Origin: the human T2T-CHM13v2.0 reference genome, Homo sapiens
Assembly: GCF_009914755.1 (NCBI RefSeq)
Contig: NC_060933.1
DNA: 64,000 nt
Direction: 5' to 3' (one strand)
The position numbers and the translations under genes are program-made. Of the stretch, positions 14,947 through 32,574 are shown piece after piece; within the stretch, counting starts at the first letter, position 1; each line of letters begins with the position of its first letter. The notes beneath the pieces are model-generated. The model searched no databases, was not told where the DNA came from, and saw only the letters and a program-made list of their open reading frames with translations.

Positions 14947-15148
14947 GATATACCTTTATTTGGCTGAAATTCTAAGAAGAGGATAAATGAATTTTGTTTT
15001 GTTGTTTTTGTTTTTGGAGTTCCTTTTCTGTTTTAATTTTTAATTTCATTTTCTTAATTTACCTAATGAACCAATCCCTATGATTACAGTGAGAAAAGAA
15101 AACTTGGCTCTCACTGAATCTTCTAAAAACTGAACAAGTTTTAGGGTA

Positions 15149-15499
15149 GTGTCTTACTCTATTCAGGCTGCTATAACAAAATGTCATAAACTGAGTAGCT
15201 TACAAACTACAGGAATTCATTTCTCACAGTTCTGGAAGCTGGGAAGTCCAAGATCAGAATGTTGGCAGATGCAGAATCTGGTGAGGGCCCTCTTCCTGGG
15301 TCAGAGATGGCGCCTTCTCGCTGTCTCCTCGCCAGTGGAAGGGGCAAACGAGCTCCCTTGAGCCTATTTATAGGGCACTAATCTCATTTATGAGGGGTCC
15401 ACCCTCACAACCTCATCACCTCCCAAAAGGCCCCATTTCCTTAGAGGTTAGGATTTCAACATACAAATGTTGAGGGGACACAAACATTCACACTATAGT
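15149..15499. mobile_element. MaLR solo LTR (MLT1A-like)
   Basis: tgtctta...caggctgctataacaaaa...ctcacagttctggaagctgggaagtccaagatc...acattcacactatag. Confidence 0.8.
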
Positions 15500-16112
15500 A
15501 GGGCTGGTAGAGGAAAATGCTATGCTTACACTATGAAGGAGGGAAATAAGTTCCCATTTTCAGGCCCCTCTTCTCTGGGTCTATATCAATGAAGACAAAT
15601 GTGCCTCTAGTCTCCCTTTATCCCAGCCCCTTCCTATTCCTGCTCCCTCACTCTGTGTAAGCATTTCATAAATGCACCTTCCTAACTAACTTTAAAACCT
15701 GGCATTGGCAGTCCTATCTGTAGAACCTATTTACTTAATGTGTAGTTCTTTTGGAGAAATATTTGAGGAAGGTTTTGTTCCTCATCTAAATTTACAAAGA
15801 ATTGCTGGAACAAAGCAGTAGGAAACAGAAGGAGCAGTTTAAACTACACTCCAGAGGAGCCAGCCTCCTCTTACAAATTTATCACAGAAATTCAACATCT
15901 AAAACAAGATCTGAATTACCCAGATGTAATGCTCTCTTTTCCAAGGTTTTTAGTGGACTTCACGTAAATCAAGCCTAACACTAAGAAATAAACAAACAAC
16001 AACAAAAACGGATCTACCGAAAAGAGAAAGTCAGGTTGATAGTCTTTCCTGGAGGATTTATCAGGTTATTCCTGTGAATAGCAACTTCCTCTAGCTCATA
16101 TATAATTAATTT

Positions 16113-16133
16113 GAGAGAGAGAGACAGAGAGAG

Positions 16134-16178
<45 letters not shown>
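16113..16178. repeat. (GA)n microsatellite in the SPATA6L 3' UTR
   Basis: Directly visible. Confidence 0.95.
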
Positions 16179-16182
<4 letters not shown>

Positions 16183-16843
16183 AAGTGTTCAGATAAGCAC
16201 CTGCCACCCAACTACAGCGCTTTCTCTTTCATGTTCAAAACAAACATGCAAAAACACAAATTTTCCAGCTTGACAAGAAAATGTGAGCCCCCAAACAGCA
16301 AACACTTTAATCAACAACTCTTACCTGGGCACAAAAGACTGAGTACAGGGTTTGGTTTAAAGGGGATTAGACATCAGTGACTCAACACAGACAACAAAAA
16401 GTGTTCATTTCTTTAAGGATGCTTCAATTGTCTCAGTGAGTGAGCTCTTCATGATTCTCCTTAAGCTTTCATTAATTTCCCCTGCAAAATTTGAAACATC
16501 ACATTCTACATGTGGTATTGAGAAAAAGGCAAACAATCAATACAAGTAAGGAGAAAAAGATAATGTCATACTACCCCAATCTTGGCATGTAGCTATGCCT
16601 TGGGATCACTTAGTCTCTGAGCTTTTTCCCCAGATTCCCACAACAGAATAACCCAGTGAGCATCTGTGTGACCTTGGACAATTTACTTGACGTCTTTGTA
16701 AAATATCAGGATGATGACAGAGTATCTACCTCTTACTATTATAGTGAAGAGTTAGCATTGCTACATAGTAAATGTGCCAAAATAGGTGTTATTCAGTTGA
16801 GCTGTTAAACGTGTTCCAATTAACTATATTCTACTGAACAAAT

Positions 16844-16950
16844 TTCCTTCCTTCCTTCCCTTCCCTCCTTCCTCCCTTCCTTCCTTCCCTCCCTCACTCC
16901 CTTCTTTCTTCCTTTCTTTCCTTTCTTTTTGATGGAGTCTTGCTCTGTAA
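16844..16950 (-). repeat. (TTCC)n tract attached to a very short Alu 3' remnant
   Basis: Pyrimidine repeat followed by gatggagtcttgctctgt. Confidence 0.75.
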
Positions 16951-18822
16951 TTTGGCATTGCACACTGGGGGCCGGGATTTCACGGCAATTATGCCTTCCA
17001 AGAGAACTAGGGATAATCTGAGGGGTTTCTTTACGGGAGGTTTTTTTTTTTTGTTTGGTTTTTTGGATGTTTGGTTTTTGTGTGGTAAAATTCACCAATT
17101 TTAAATATACAAGGGATACTCTGTTTATACCAAAAGTACCAAGTCCCAAAAGATCCAGAAATAGATGTATTCCAACCCCTTCAACCCATTTCTTCCACCC
17201 ATTCTCTCCCTCTACGTGGTCAGACAATGGGACTCATTGTTTTTGGCTCAAGAATCCCTGACCTTTTTGTGGTAAGAATCTACTTTTTCATCTCCCTGAG
17301 ATCTCGAGATCGCTGGGGAGCCAGGACCTGGCAGTGAAACAGATATGGAGAAGGGGAGGGACAGGAATTGGTGCTGCCATTAGAAGAGAGTCCTCAAGAA
17401 AAGCCGGGACTGGGACACGTAGTGGGAGCCACTGGGTTGTGTGTGGGGGATGCCTCCTGCCTGGGGTCTGTCCTCCCAACCCACAGGAGTGGCTCTGGCT
17501 GTCCTGTTCTAGCTATTTGATCTTGCCTGTTTGGATCTTTCCTGGACTCACTGAGATGGATGCTCAGCATCTTTCAAATAAATGCCCCGTTTGCTTAAGA
17601 CTAGCCAGAGTCACTTGGGTTTTTCACAATCACTAAAGCTTCACTAAAATGACCCTCCAGGATCCCAGCCTCTCCAGGAATCCATGACTCAAGAAGCGGG
17701 GTCAGGGAGGATGGTATGGAGACTTCCAGAGAAGGTATTCTAAGCGTATGCCAAACTACTGGGTGGGAATTCCTGTTGTGTGGGAAACCTATTTTCCAAG
17801 AAAGAATTGACGTTTTTTTTTTTCCTTTTCTTACCTTCTCTCTATCCCCCCACATCAATGTCCACATATCAGCTGGTTCAGGGCTCTATGTAACTTGATA
17901 TTACCCATGTTGAAATTCAATGTAATTTGGCATTTGATAATCATGTGGGCTATGTTCCGTATAACCACCTAAATAATTGCCTAGACGGCAATTATTTTGG
18001 TAACCAGAGAGTAAATGGCCCAGAATCCGTCCTTTAATCTAGCAAGCAGAACGTTCTAAGGTAGAAGCCTGCAGAATGGGCCATTACTGAGCTGTCCTGC
18101 ACATTCCTCTGTGCTAAAGGTGGGGAGCCCTGGCCATTCCTAAGGCAAGCCAACTTGTTCTGTAAAGCATGCATGACCCTCAAAACAGACTTTCAGGAGC
18201 CTGACTACAGTGAAAACTTAGCAGGTCATCCCACACTCCTTTATTGTTTAGAAAGACGCATAATTATTCTGATCCTGCTGACATGAGGACTATACAGGAC
18301 AAAGCTATAGGATCCTAGTGGGAGCCTTCCAAAGGCCAATGCCCACGAACTCTGCTTGGGTTCCAAAGGGCCCTCCTTCACACATGGGGAGACATGGATT
18401 TCCATGTAAGATTACACTCTAGCTTTGAAAATGCAATAGAATGTAGTGGTTAAGAGAATAAAGCTCCACCATTCACTAGCCATGTCACCTTGAGCAAGGG
18501 ACCTAACCTATGCCTCAGTTTTCCTATCTGTAAGATGGAACTAATGATAGTACCTATCTCATTGGGTTGTCCTGAGAATTAGATATGAATTTGTTTAATA
18601 CATGTGAAGTATGTGTACTAGTCTCAGCACTCAGGCCGCATGTCATAAGGAAGAGCGATTATTATTCTGGGCTTGAATGGAAAAGAAAAGAATATATGAG
18701 AAACGATGATGTCCCACAATGTGGCTAACTACTTGCCACAGATCTGAATTCTAGAGTTGCCTTGTTACATGCATTCATAATCAATGCATATTCAACATGC
18801 ATTTATAAAAACTCTTTACTGC

Positions 18823-19122
<300 letters not shown>

Positions 19123-19851
19123 CACTCTTTACTGAGCAGCAACCATTGTGGAGGGTCAGGTGATACAGAGACAGCAGCAGGGTGGAGATGGGTAGGCAGG
19201 TTCTTGTTCAGTGCACACACCTAGTACATGTGTTTGCAAAGTTAAATGTGATTCCATTGTATGGCACTAAATACTGCGTATAAAGCAGTGAACAACAGAG
19301 ACAGATTCTCTGATCTCATAAGGTTTCACTCCAGTAGAAGAGACAGATTTTAAACAATCAGCCCAGATAAAAATATAATAAGAAATTGTGTCATAATTTA
19401 TGAAGGAAAAATGCTGTGTACTAAAGGGTACACATCACAGAGAGAGGGAGTGTCGTGTCATAGAAAATCATAAGCCTGGAAGGACAAATAGAAGTTATCC
19501 AGGCAGAGTCAGGAAGACATATTCCAGATGGAGAAAACAACATGTGCAGAGACCCCATGGCAGGAAAAAGCTCCGTGTTCAAGAAGCTGAAAGAAGGCCG
19601 GAAAGTCTATTAGATAAAGGGTGATGTTGCGGGCAGGGGAGATGATTACAAGAGGAAGCAAGAGAGCTGGAAGGCACGTGCACTGCAGTTATCATACAGA
19701 GCAAGGGAAGAACGCAGTTCTCAGGTCTCCTCCAAGTCTCCTGTCCTCCACACTTTCTAGTTACTTCATATTGATAGGAGGAAACTGAAATTCTTTTAGC
19801 AAACCAAGATAAGGAGAAGCACTTAAGCTGCTTACTTACATAAGACAGTAC

Positions 19852-19942
19852 CTTAAAAATATCTCTGTTCATGCAGTGAGTATTTCTTCAGAGGGTAGCT
19901 TGGTCTTTCAATGATATAATTTACTTCAGAGGTAGAATCTTC
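19852..19942 (-). CDS. SPATA6L: SPATA6L last coding exon (EDSTSEVNYIIERPSYPLKKYSLHEQRYF*)
   Basis: ttattgtag acceptor, 91 nt, phase 0 start, TAA at 19855-19853, then G|gtactg donor. Confidence 0.92.
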
Positions 19943-20091
19943 CTACAATAAAAACAAATCCAGCAATTATGTTACCCATAACATAATAGAGATGGATGAT
20001 ACCCAGATGTGTAGTTTTGCATGTAGGAGGTCTGTGCATCCCATTTATGCCGTTATATGGGGTTCACTATATATGTGTGTATATAGAATCT

Positions 20092-20219
20092 TTCTTTTTT
20101 TGTAGAGACGAGGTCTCATTATGTTGCCAGGCTGGTCTTGAACCTCCTGGCCTCAAGGGATTCTCCCTCCTCAGCCTCCCAAAGTACTAGGATTATAGAT
20201 TTGAGCCCCAAACCAGGCC
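20092..20219 (-). mobile_element. Alu left monomer/FLAM
   Basis: Single antisense Alu arm. Confidence 0.8.
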
Positions 20220-21019
20220 TTTGTTTACATTTTAAAGAGATTCCTTGCCTGAAAAGGTTGGGAATTAAAGCAAAGCCAATGACTTTGCAGAAAAGAATTA
20301 AAGTAATTCACTACCCTGATGGTTAGGGCAAACAACATTTAGTTTTAAGTGTCATCCTGCAAATCTAGCATATGCCAGTATATAATAAGTCAAGAGGACT
20401 AATTCAACTACATGGCATCATTAAATTCAGCCACTGGGGGCACTGTTGTCCTATATTTGAATTCTTTGAGCAGGTGAACGGCCACTTAGCTGTGTATCTG
20501 AATCAGTGACAAAGTACTGGGAATACCTACCAATGGATCAGAAGCACTCCCCATACCCCTGTAAAAGTCATACAGCCAAAACCACCTTATTAAATTCTAG
20601 AACAACTTTCTTCCATGTTGTGGCCTTACATAGCTCACACAAACAACTGTATTCTTCCCTGGACTGGGATTCATGTGTGCAGGGGAAAGGAATGCTCTGT
20701 GGGCCACTTAGCCTGTCTTCTCTCAGTCCTTTGAAAGGACCTCTGCTTGATGAGTGCTGTGCACCAAATTAGCTGCTACTCCTCCGTTGGATCCAAGCCC
20801 CACTGTCTCATCCTCAGGAAGCCAGCCCTGACTCCCAGCCATGTCAAATACCCGCTACCATTCAATCTCAGGACAACAGGTAATCTCCTTGGTAAGCCTC
20901 ACAATTTTCCACTTATTTCTGTGGTTATTTGATTAATGTCTGTCTCCCCGACTAGACTGTAGGTCCCTGTTCACATATTATTTAGTGAGCAAAGATCTAG
21001 TTTTATAAGAAAGTCTAAC

Positions 21020-21113
21020 CTTGTTTTGGTGCAGCTGTGCTCTGTGGGATGTCAGAAGACTGCATACCCTCTCATGGATATTCTTCCATGTGGACTGAGA
21101 ACCAGGATGGAAC
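21020..21113 (-). CDS. SPATA6L: SPATA6L exon ((R)FHPGSQSTWKNIHERVCSLLTSHRAQLHQNK)
   Basis: 94 nt, cag|...AAG|gttaga, phase 2 to 0. The WxxIHERVxSLL segment resembles SPATA6. Confidence 0.92.
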
Positions 21114-21780
21114 CTGCTCAACAGATGGAACAGGGTGGAATATTAAGCAGCTACTAAAAAGGACACTTAAAGCACATGACGGTATGGATTGATATTTAAA
21201 ACTTAATTATAATAAAAAACAGCAGCATGCAAAATGGTAAACATAGTGTGATTTCAATGTCTTTCTTAAACCTACCCATAGGAAAAGCACTGGGGAATAA
21301 AAACTGCTCAGATGTTAAGAATTTTTTGTGTTTCTATGTGTGGCTATGAGTGATTCTTTTCTTCTTTGTACTTTCCTGTGTTTTTCAGATATTTCTCTCA
21401 TGAACAAACCCTACTTTTACATTTAAAATTTTAATCTAAAACTTTTTAATATAAAATTTAAATCCGGTTTTCGGGGAGAGCCAAGATGGCCGAATAGGAA
21501 CAGCTCCGGTCTCCAGCTCCCAGCGTGAGCGACGCAGAGGACGGGTGATTTCTGCATTTCCATCTGAGGTAGCGGGTTCATCTCACTAGGGAGTGCCAGA
21601 CAGTGGGCGCAGGCCAGTGTGTGCGCGCACCGTGCGCGAGCCGAAGCAGGGCGAGGCATTGCCTCACTCGGGAAGCGCAAGGGGTCAGGCAGTTCCCTTT
21701 CCGAGTCAAAGAAAGGGGTGACAGATGGCACCTGGAAAATCGGGTCACTCCCACCCAAATACTGCGCTTTTCCTACGGGC

Positions 21781-21909
21781 TTAAAAAACGGCGCACCACC
21801 CACCTGGCTCGGAGGGTCCTACGCCCACGGAGTCTCGCTGATTGCTAGCACAGCAGTCTGAGATCAAACTGCAAGGCGGCAGCGAGGCTGGGGGAGGGGC
21901 GCCCGCCAT
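21781..21909 (-). pseudogene. L1 ORF0, frameshifted to 42 aa
   Basis: MAGAPPPASLPPCSLISDCCASNQRDSVGVGPSEPG matches ORF0, then diverges (GWCAVF*) at a ~14-bp deletion near 21800. Confidence 0.8.
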
Positions 21910-22363
21910 TGCCCAGGCTTGCTGAGGTAAACAAAGCAGCCGGAAGCTCGAACTGGGTGGAGCCCACCACAGCTCAAGGAGGCCTGCCTGCCTCTGTAGG
22001 CGCCACGTCTGGGGGCAGGGCACAGACAAACAAAAAGACAGCAGTAACCTCTGCAGACTTAAATGTCCCTGTCTGACAGCTTTGAAGAGAGCAGTGGTTC
22101 TCCCAGCACGCAGCTGGAGATCTGAGAAGGGGCAGACTGCCTCCTCAAGTGGGTCCCTGACCCCTGACCCCCGAGCAGCCTAACTGGGAGGCACCCCGTA
22201 GCAGGGGCAGACTGACACCTCACACGGCCGGGTACTCCAACAGACCTGCAGCTGAGGGTCCTGTCTGTTAGAAGGAAAACTAACAAACAGAAAGGACATC
22301 CACACCAAAAACCCATCTGCACATCACCATCATTAAAGACCAAAAGTAGATAAAACCACAAAG

Positions 22364-23380
22364 ATGGGGAAAAAACAGAACAGAAAAACTGGAAACTCTA
22401 AAAAGCAGAGCGCCTCTCCTCCTCCAAAGGAATGCAGTTCCTCACCAGCAATGGAACAAAGCTGGACGGAGAACGACTTCGACGAGCTGAGAGAAGAAGG
22501 CTTCAGACGATCAAATTACTCTGAGCTACGGGAGGACATTCAAACCAAAGGCAAAGAAGCTGAAAACTTTGAAAAAAATTTAGAAGAATGTATAACTAGA
22601 ATAATCAATACAGAGAAGTGCTTAAAGGAGCTGATGGAGCTGAAAACCAAGGCTCAAGAACTACGTGAAGAATGCAGAAGCCTCAGGAGCCGATGCAATC
22701 AACTGGAAGAAAGGGTATCAGCGATGGAAGATGAAATGAATGAAATGAAGCGAGAAGGGAAGTTTAGAGAAAAAAGAATAAAAATAAATGAGCAAAGCCT
22801 CCAAGAAATATGGGACTATGTGAAAAGACCAAATCTACGTCTGATTGGTATACCTGAAAGTGACGGGGAGAATGGAACCAAGTTGGAAAACACTCTGCAG
22901 GATATTATCCAGGAGAACTTCCCCAATCTAGCAAGGCAGGCCAACATTCAGATTCAGGAAATACAGAGAATGCCACAAAGATACTCCTCGAGAAGAGCAA
23001 CTCCAACACACATAATTGTCAGATTCACCAAAGTTGAAATGAAGGAAAAAATGTTAAGGGCAGCCAGAGAGAAAGGTCGGGTTACCCTCAAAGGGAAGCC
23101 CATCAGACTAACAGCGGATCTCTTGGCAGAAACCCTACAAGCCAGAAGAGAGTGGGGGCCAATATTCCACATTCTTAAAGAAAAGAATTTTCAACCCAGA
23201 ATGTCATATCCAGCCAAACTAAGCTTCATAAGTGAAGGAGAAATAAAATACTTTACAGACAAGCAAATGCTCAGAGATTTTGTCACCACCAGGCCTGCCC
23301 TAAAAGAGCTCCTGAAGGAAGCGCTAAACATGGAAAGGAACAACCGGTACCAGCCGCTGCAAAATCATGCCAAAATGTAA
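22364..23380 (+). CDS. L1 ORF1p, intact 338 aa
   Basis: MGKKQNRKTGNSK...REKG...ARREW...YPAKLS...NHAKM. Confidence 0.95.
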   Translation: MGKKQNRKTGNSKKQSASPPPKECSSSPAMEQSWTENDFDELREEGFRRSNYSELREDIQTKGKEAENFEKNLEECITRIINTEKCLKELMELKTKAQELREECRSLRSRCNQLEERVSAMEDEMNEMKREGKFREKRIKINEQSLQEIWDYVKRPNLRLIGIPESDGENGTKLENTLQDIIQENFPNLARQANIQIQEIQRMPQRYSSRRATPTHIIVRFTKVEMKEKMLRAAREKGRVTLKGKPIRLTADLLAETLQARREWGPIFHILKEKNFQPRMSYPAKLSFISEGEIKYFTDKQMLRDFVTTRPALKELLKEALNMERNNRYQPLQNHAKM

Positions 23381-23428
23381 AGACCGTCGAGACTAGGAAG
23401 AAACTGCATCAACTAACGAGCAAAATAA

Positions 23429-27270
<3,842 letters not shown>

Positions 27271-27559
27271 ACAATGAGATCACATGGACACAGGAAGGGG
27301 AACATCACACTCTGGGGACTGTTGTGGGGTGGGGGGAGGGGGGAGGGATAGCAGTGGGAGATACACCTAATGCTAGATGACGAGTTAGTGGGTGCAGCAC
27401 ACCAGCGTGGCACATGTATACATATGTAACTAACCTGCACAATGTGCACATGTACCCTAAAACTTAAAGTATAATAATAAAAGAAAAAAAAATTTTTAAT
27501 CCAAAAAATTTTAATATAAAATTTAATCCCAGTAGTTGTTGTTTCACGGAGAGATTATC

Positions 27560-27950
27560 ACCCAGGCTAACGTACAACTGCATGATCATAGCTCACTGCA
27601 ACCTTGAACTCTTGGACTCAAGCAATCCTCCAACTTCAGCCTCCCAGGTAGAGAGGACCAACTAGGTACATGTTGCCATGCCTGGCTATTTTTTTTTTTC
27701 CTTAAGAGATAGGGTCTTGCTACCCAGGCTGGTCTCGAACTCCTGGGCTCAAGGGATCCTTCCACCTCAATCTCCCAAAGAGCTGGGACTACAGGTATGC
27801 ACCACCATGCAGAGCTCACTTTCAAATATTTTGTAGAGACAGGGTCTCCCCATGCTGTCCAGGCTGGTCTCAAACTTTTGTACTCAGTGATCCTCCTGCC
27901 TCAGCCTCCCAAAGTGCTGGGATTACAGGTGTGAGCCACTACACCCAGCC
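27560..27950 (-). mobile_element. Old Alu with three tandem arms
   Basis: Right arm ~27560-27688, then two left-arm-like units at ~27700-27815 and ~27825-27950. Confidence 0.75.
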
Positions 27951-28622
27951 TCCAATCCTGGTTGTTTCCTACCACCAGGACTTTATCTTATATCTCATTT
28001 ACTTTAGGCCACCCAGACTCCAAACTGAACCATAGGTTTGACAGTCTCTTTCAGTTCCCCAAACATAGAGCATTTTCTACCTTCCATAGGCATTTGGCAA
28101 CACTGTTCTCTCTTCTACCTCCCAACCCCAGGGGCTCACTACTCTTATTAACTCCTACCCACCCTTCAGAGTTCAGTTCAATTGTTGAGTTCTCAGCAAA
28201 GTCCTTTCTGAGCCCTCTCCTGTAGAGGAGGTCAGCTGCTCTGTTATACGGACTTGCAGTTTCATTTATCTATACCTCATTAATACCATTTGCACCACTG
28301 GACATTTTGTCATTATTTGGTTAATGGCGGTCTTTACTCCTAGAGTGAAATTGAGCTGAGACTCTTTGTTTAATAGCTCATCCCAGGGCAGAGTAGGAAC
28401 TGAATAGCACAGTAAGTAGCTAATAAATATTTCTTGAGTGATTGAATTCATTCTCTCGTTCATTCATTCATTCATTCATCCATCCATTAATATTCAGGAG
28501 GGGGATGGTTACCAAATCCTAAAGTCTGAGGTATAACTAAGCTGAAAGTGTACATAGCAATTTGATAATGAAAGGCACAGATACAGTTTTCTAAAAACAC
28601 CCAAAGAATTATAGCCACTTGG

Positions 28623-28937
28623 GGCCAGGCGCAGTGGCTCACACCTATAATCCCAGCACTTTGGAAGGCTGAGGCGGGCGGATCTCTTGAGGCCAAGAGT
28701 TCCAGACCAGCCTGGCTAAAGTAGTGAAACCCCATCTCTACTAAAATACAAAAAATTAGCCAGGTGTGGTGGTGGTACATCTGTAGTCCCAGATACCAGG
28801 AGGCTGAGGCATGAAAATTGCTTGAACCTGGGAGGTGGAGGTTGTAGTGAGCTGAGATGGGGCCACTGTACTCCAGCCTGGGTAACATAGCAAGATTCTA
28901 TCTCAAAAAAAAAAAAGAAAGAAAGAAAGAAAGAAAA
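28623..28937 (+). mobile_element. Alu
   Basis: Sense Alu with A/(GAAA)n tail. Confidence 0.9.
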
Positions 28938-29266
28938 TGATTCTCTTTAATTAATGTATGGTAAACACTGGAAATGACAGGAACATCTGGAAATCCAGTT
29001 GTTACTATGGCTACCATATGAATGACCTCCCTGTGCAGTTGCCCCTCTGCTTGGCTGGTTCCGGCCCACATCCAGGCCTCCACTCCAGCTCTCTCTGTGA
29101 CAAGCATGTCCCACTGGTTTTTCCAGGGAGATAAGACCAACAGTATGAATGGATCTACACAAATCCATTGCCAACCCAAGAAAACAACTCATAGTAAATG
29201 GAAGCACCACCTAAAGCACTGCCCATGTTTAAGACTACAAACATTATTTCTATTCTTCTCTAAGAA

Positions 29267-29559
29267 CTTTTTTTTTTTGACCCAGAGTCTCATTCTGTTG
29301 CCCATGCTGGAGTGCAGTGGCGCTACCTCCGCTCACTGCAACCTCTGCCTCCTATGTTCAAGCAATTCTCCTGCCTCAACCTCCCAAGTAGCTGAGACTA
29401 CAGGTATAAGCCACCAAGCCCAGCGAATTTTTGTATTTTTCGTAGAGACGGGGTTTTGCCTTGTTGGCCAGGCTGGTCTTGAATTCCTGACCTCAAGTGA
29501 TCCACCCACCTCGCTTCCCAAAGTGCAGGGATTCCAGGTGTGAGCCACCACGCTTGGCC
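29267..29559 (-). mobile_element. Alu
   Basis: Antisense Alu; TSD core ttctctaagaa. Confidence 0.9.
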
Positions 29560-31674
29560 CTTCTCTAAGAATGTTTAGGAGGAAGGAATAGAAATATGTT
29601 GAAGCTATAAATGAAGCTAGCATTTAAAAACAGCCACCAGCTAGATACTGTAAATTCTTTTTCATAGGTCTAGAGTAACCAATACCAAAGCGACTCTTTC
29701 ATTTGTTACCATTATTGTTACATGCAATTTATTTTACATTTGAAGATCTCAGAGAATGATGAGTCAACAGATGGGAGCAGCGCTGTGCCTTTACCACAGC
29801 CTTCTCCATGGGATCTACCTTCTCCTCGAGTCATGTGGAGAGAGAGGATGTGCTGAAGGGGCATGACGCTATTCAGATGGTGGATACAGGGAACAGGCTT
29901 GGCAGTGTTTCTCCCTCCTTTAGTACTCCCATTGTTCACTCTTATAATGTGTTTTCTACCTTGTCCATTAAAACCTTGGGTTGACTCTCATTCCAAAATT
30001 TGTCTCCCAACTCATCCTTATGACCTTGATCCTTACTGACTTCAGTATTAAGTTAGCAGAAAAGCAACAGGGATTCTCATGCACCCTTGTGAACTGGACA
30101 CAGAGAAAGAGTGGTCCTGATATTGCTGGTATGAAAAGAACACTGAGTGAGTGGAGACACAGTGCTGACAACCCCCAGTGTCCCAGGAATCTGCCCTAGT
30201 GATCGCTCTAAAGCCAACGGGCAATGTGTTCTGCAAGGATATGAAGGGCACATCCCTCATTCAAAAGAACTGTTTTTAAAATATTATCTTCAGAGCCACT
30301 TCTCTAGTGTGAAGGTGACCAGCTGTCTTGGTTTACCTGGGACTCAGGGGTTTCCCAGGATGCAAACTTTTGGTACTGAAACCAGGACAGCCATGGGCAA
30401 ACTGGATGGCCTTTCTGTGGCTGTGTTATTATTTGCCGCTGATAATCATGGCCTTATTTACAAACTCATAGTCCAACTAGGTCCCAAGTTACCAGTTTAG
30501 AGAGACTTTGGGCACAAAGAATTTGCTGCCTCATCAGAGATGGCCAATAAAACTCTGGTCTGCAGCTAAGACTCATCTTTCTAAAGTCACTTGTGCCAAC
30601 TCCTGTGACTAATGTCACAGAGCTCCTCACTCCTTCCAAGCAAAGCCCAAGCTCCTTAGGTCAGCCAACAAAGGTCCCCCTCAAACCTTTGAGTCCTGGC
30701 ACTGACTTTCTCCCAAACTCCTCTAACTGCTGGAAGCTGACAGTGCCCCTGCCTCCCACCTGCCATCACTCACCTCTATGAACCCCATCATAAACCAATC
30801 TTCTCTCCTCAAGGCCACATGAAAGCATCACCTCCTCCATGAAACATTCCAGAAGTACCACCCTTCTTCTTTATACTCCAGTAACTTTTGTTCCACACTA
30901 TTCACAAAGTGCTGCTTTGTAGAAAGCTCTTTGCATACTTCTTTTTTATTATTTTTTTTATATCCTCTGCTAGGTTGCAAGTTTTCAGAGATCAGGAGAA
31001 ATGTCTTAAATGTTAGTGTTCCCATTGCTGGCCTAGCAGATTGAGTATCATTCCTGCTTTCCGTCTTAACCACAGATTTAACGTGCTCCCCGCCCACATA
31101 CTCAATTCCAATCCCAGTTGATTTTGACTCAGTAAACATGAGGCAATTCTTCCGTTGGCCAGAGTTGAGAATTGCTGGCCTGCTGCATAAAGACACTCAG
31201 GAAAGGCTGGCTGAATGAATGCATAAACCATCTAACACATATTTAAAGAGAAAAGAGGACTTCTCAGGTCTCTCTCCTGATGTAACTGATTTCCTCTCAC
31301 TCTGTCTCTCCCCTGCATTTGGATTGTACTTCTGTTAGGTACCTACCACAATCTATCTCATATTCAGTGACAAGGGGGTATGTCTGCCTTCCTGTCTAGT
31401 ATGTGAGCCAGTGGAAAGCAGAGACATGTCATGATGGTGTCCATTGCCCCCAACAGTTGCCCAATAACAGCATGCTCAATACAGTCTCTCAGAAAAGCTT
31501 GCTGTACTGCTTTTAAGGAGTTTGGGAGGTGTTATAGATACCAGGCACAGAGACAAAAACCACGGGTTTTCCCCAGTTCTGGTGGCTGAGAAGCACTTTG
31601 TGGCTGTATGCAGATGGATCTTTGATCATCAAACCCATTTTAAAGATGAGGAAACTGAGGTTTAAAAGGTTGAA

Positions 31675-31985
31675 GCCAGGCACGGTGGCTCATGCCTGTA
31701 CCCAGCACTTTGGGAGGCCAAGACAATTGCTTGAGCCCAGGAGTTTGAGAAGAGCCTGGGCAACACAGTGAGACCCCATCTTTACAAAAATAAAAATATG
31801 AAAATTAGCCGGGCATGCCGGTGCGCACCTGCAGTCCCAGTTACTCAGGAGGCTGAGGCAGGAGGATTGCTTGGGTTGGGGAGGTCAAGGCTGCAGTAAG
31901 CTGTGATTGTGCCACTGCACTCCAGCCTGGGTGACAAAGCAAGACCCCATCTCGAAAAAAAATAATAATAATTAATTTAAAAAAA
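31675..31985 (+). mobile_element. Alu (AluJ-like)
   Basis: Sense Alu. Confidence 0.88.
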
Positions 31986-32208
31986 TAGGTGGAGTAGCTG
32001 TGTGAAATCACCCAGCACTTAGAGACACATGAGCGCTAGAGCCCATGTCTCCTGACCACTGTTAATTGAAAGTTCTTTCCGTTCTTCATTTAAAATCAAT
32101 CCTCTACAAGTCTTTAAATCCAGGATGACCTCCTGTGCTTTGCCAGCCTGCTGAATTCCAGGCTGGTGGCAAAAGCATAAGACAGGAGGGGACAGAGGCC
32201 AGGCATAG

Positions 32209-32574
<366 letters not shown>

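Larger units (their letters stand above)
13965..16481 (-). other. SPATA6L: SPATA6L non-coding terminal exon (3' UTR); 3' end approximate
   Basis: Minus-strand acceptor tttcaaattttgcag at 16482-16483; ATTAAA at 13982-13987 followed by U/GU-rich sequence. A downstream exon is required because the stop-containing exon ends in a GT donor. The choice of this acceptor is partly inference. Confidence 0.7.
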
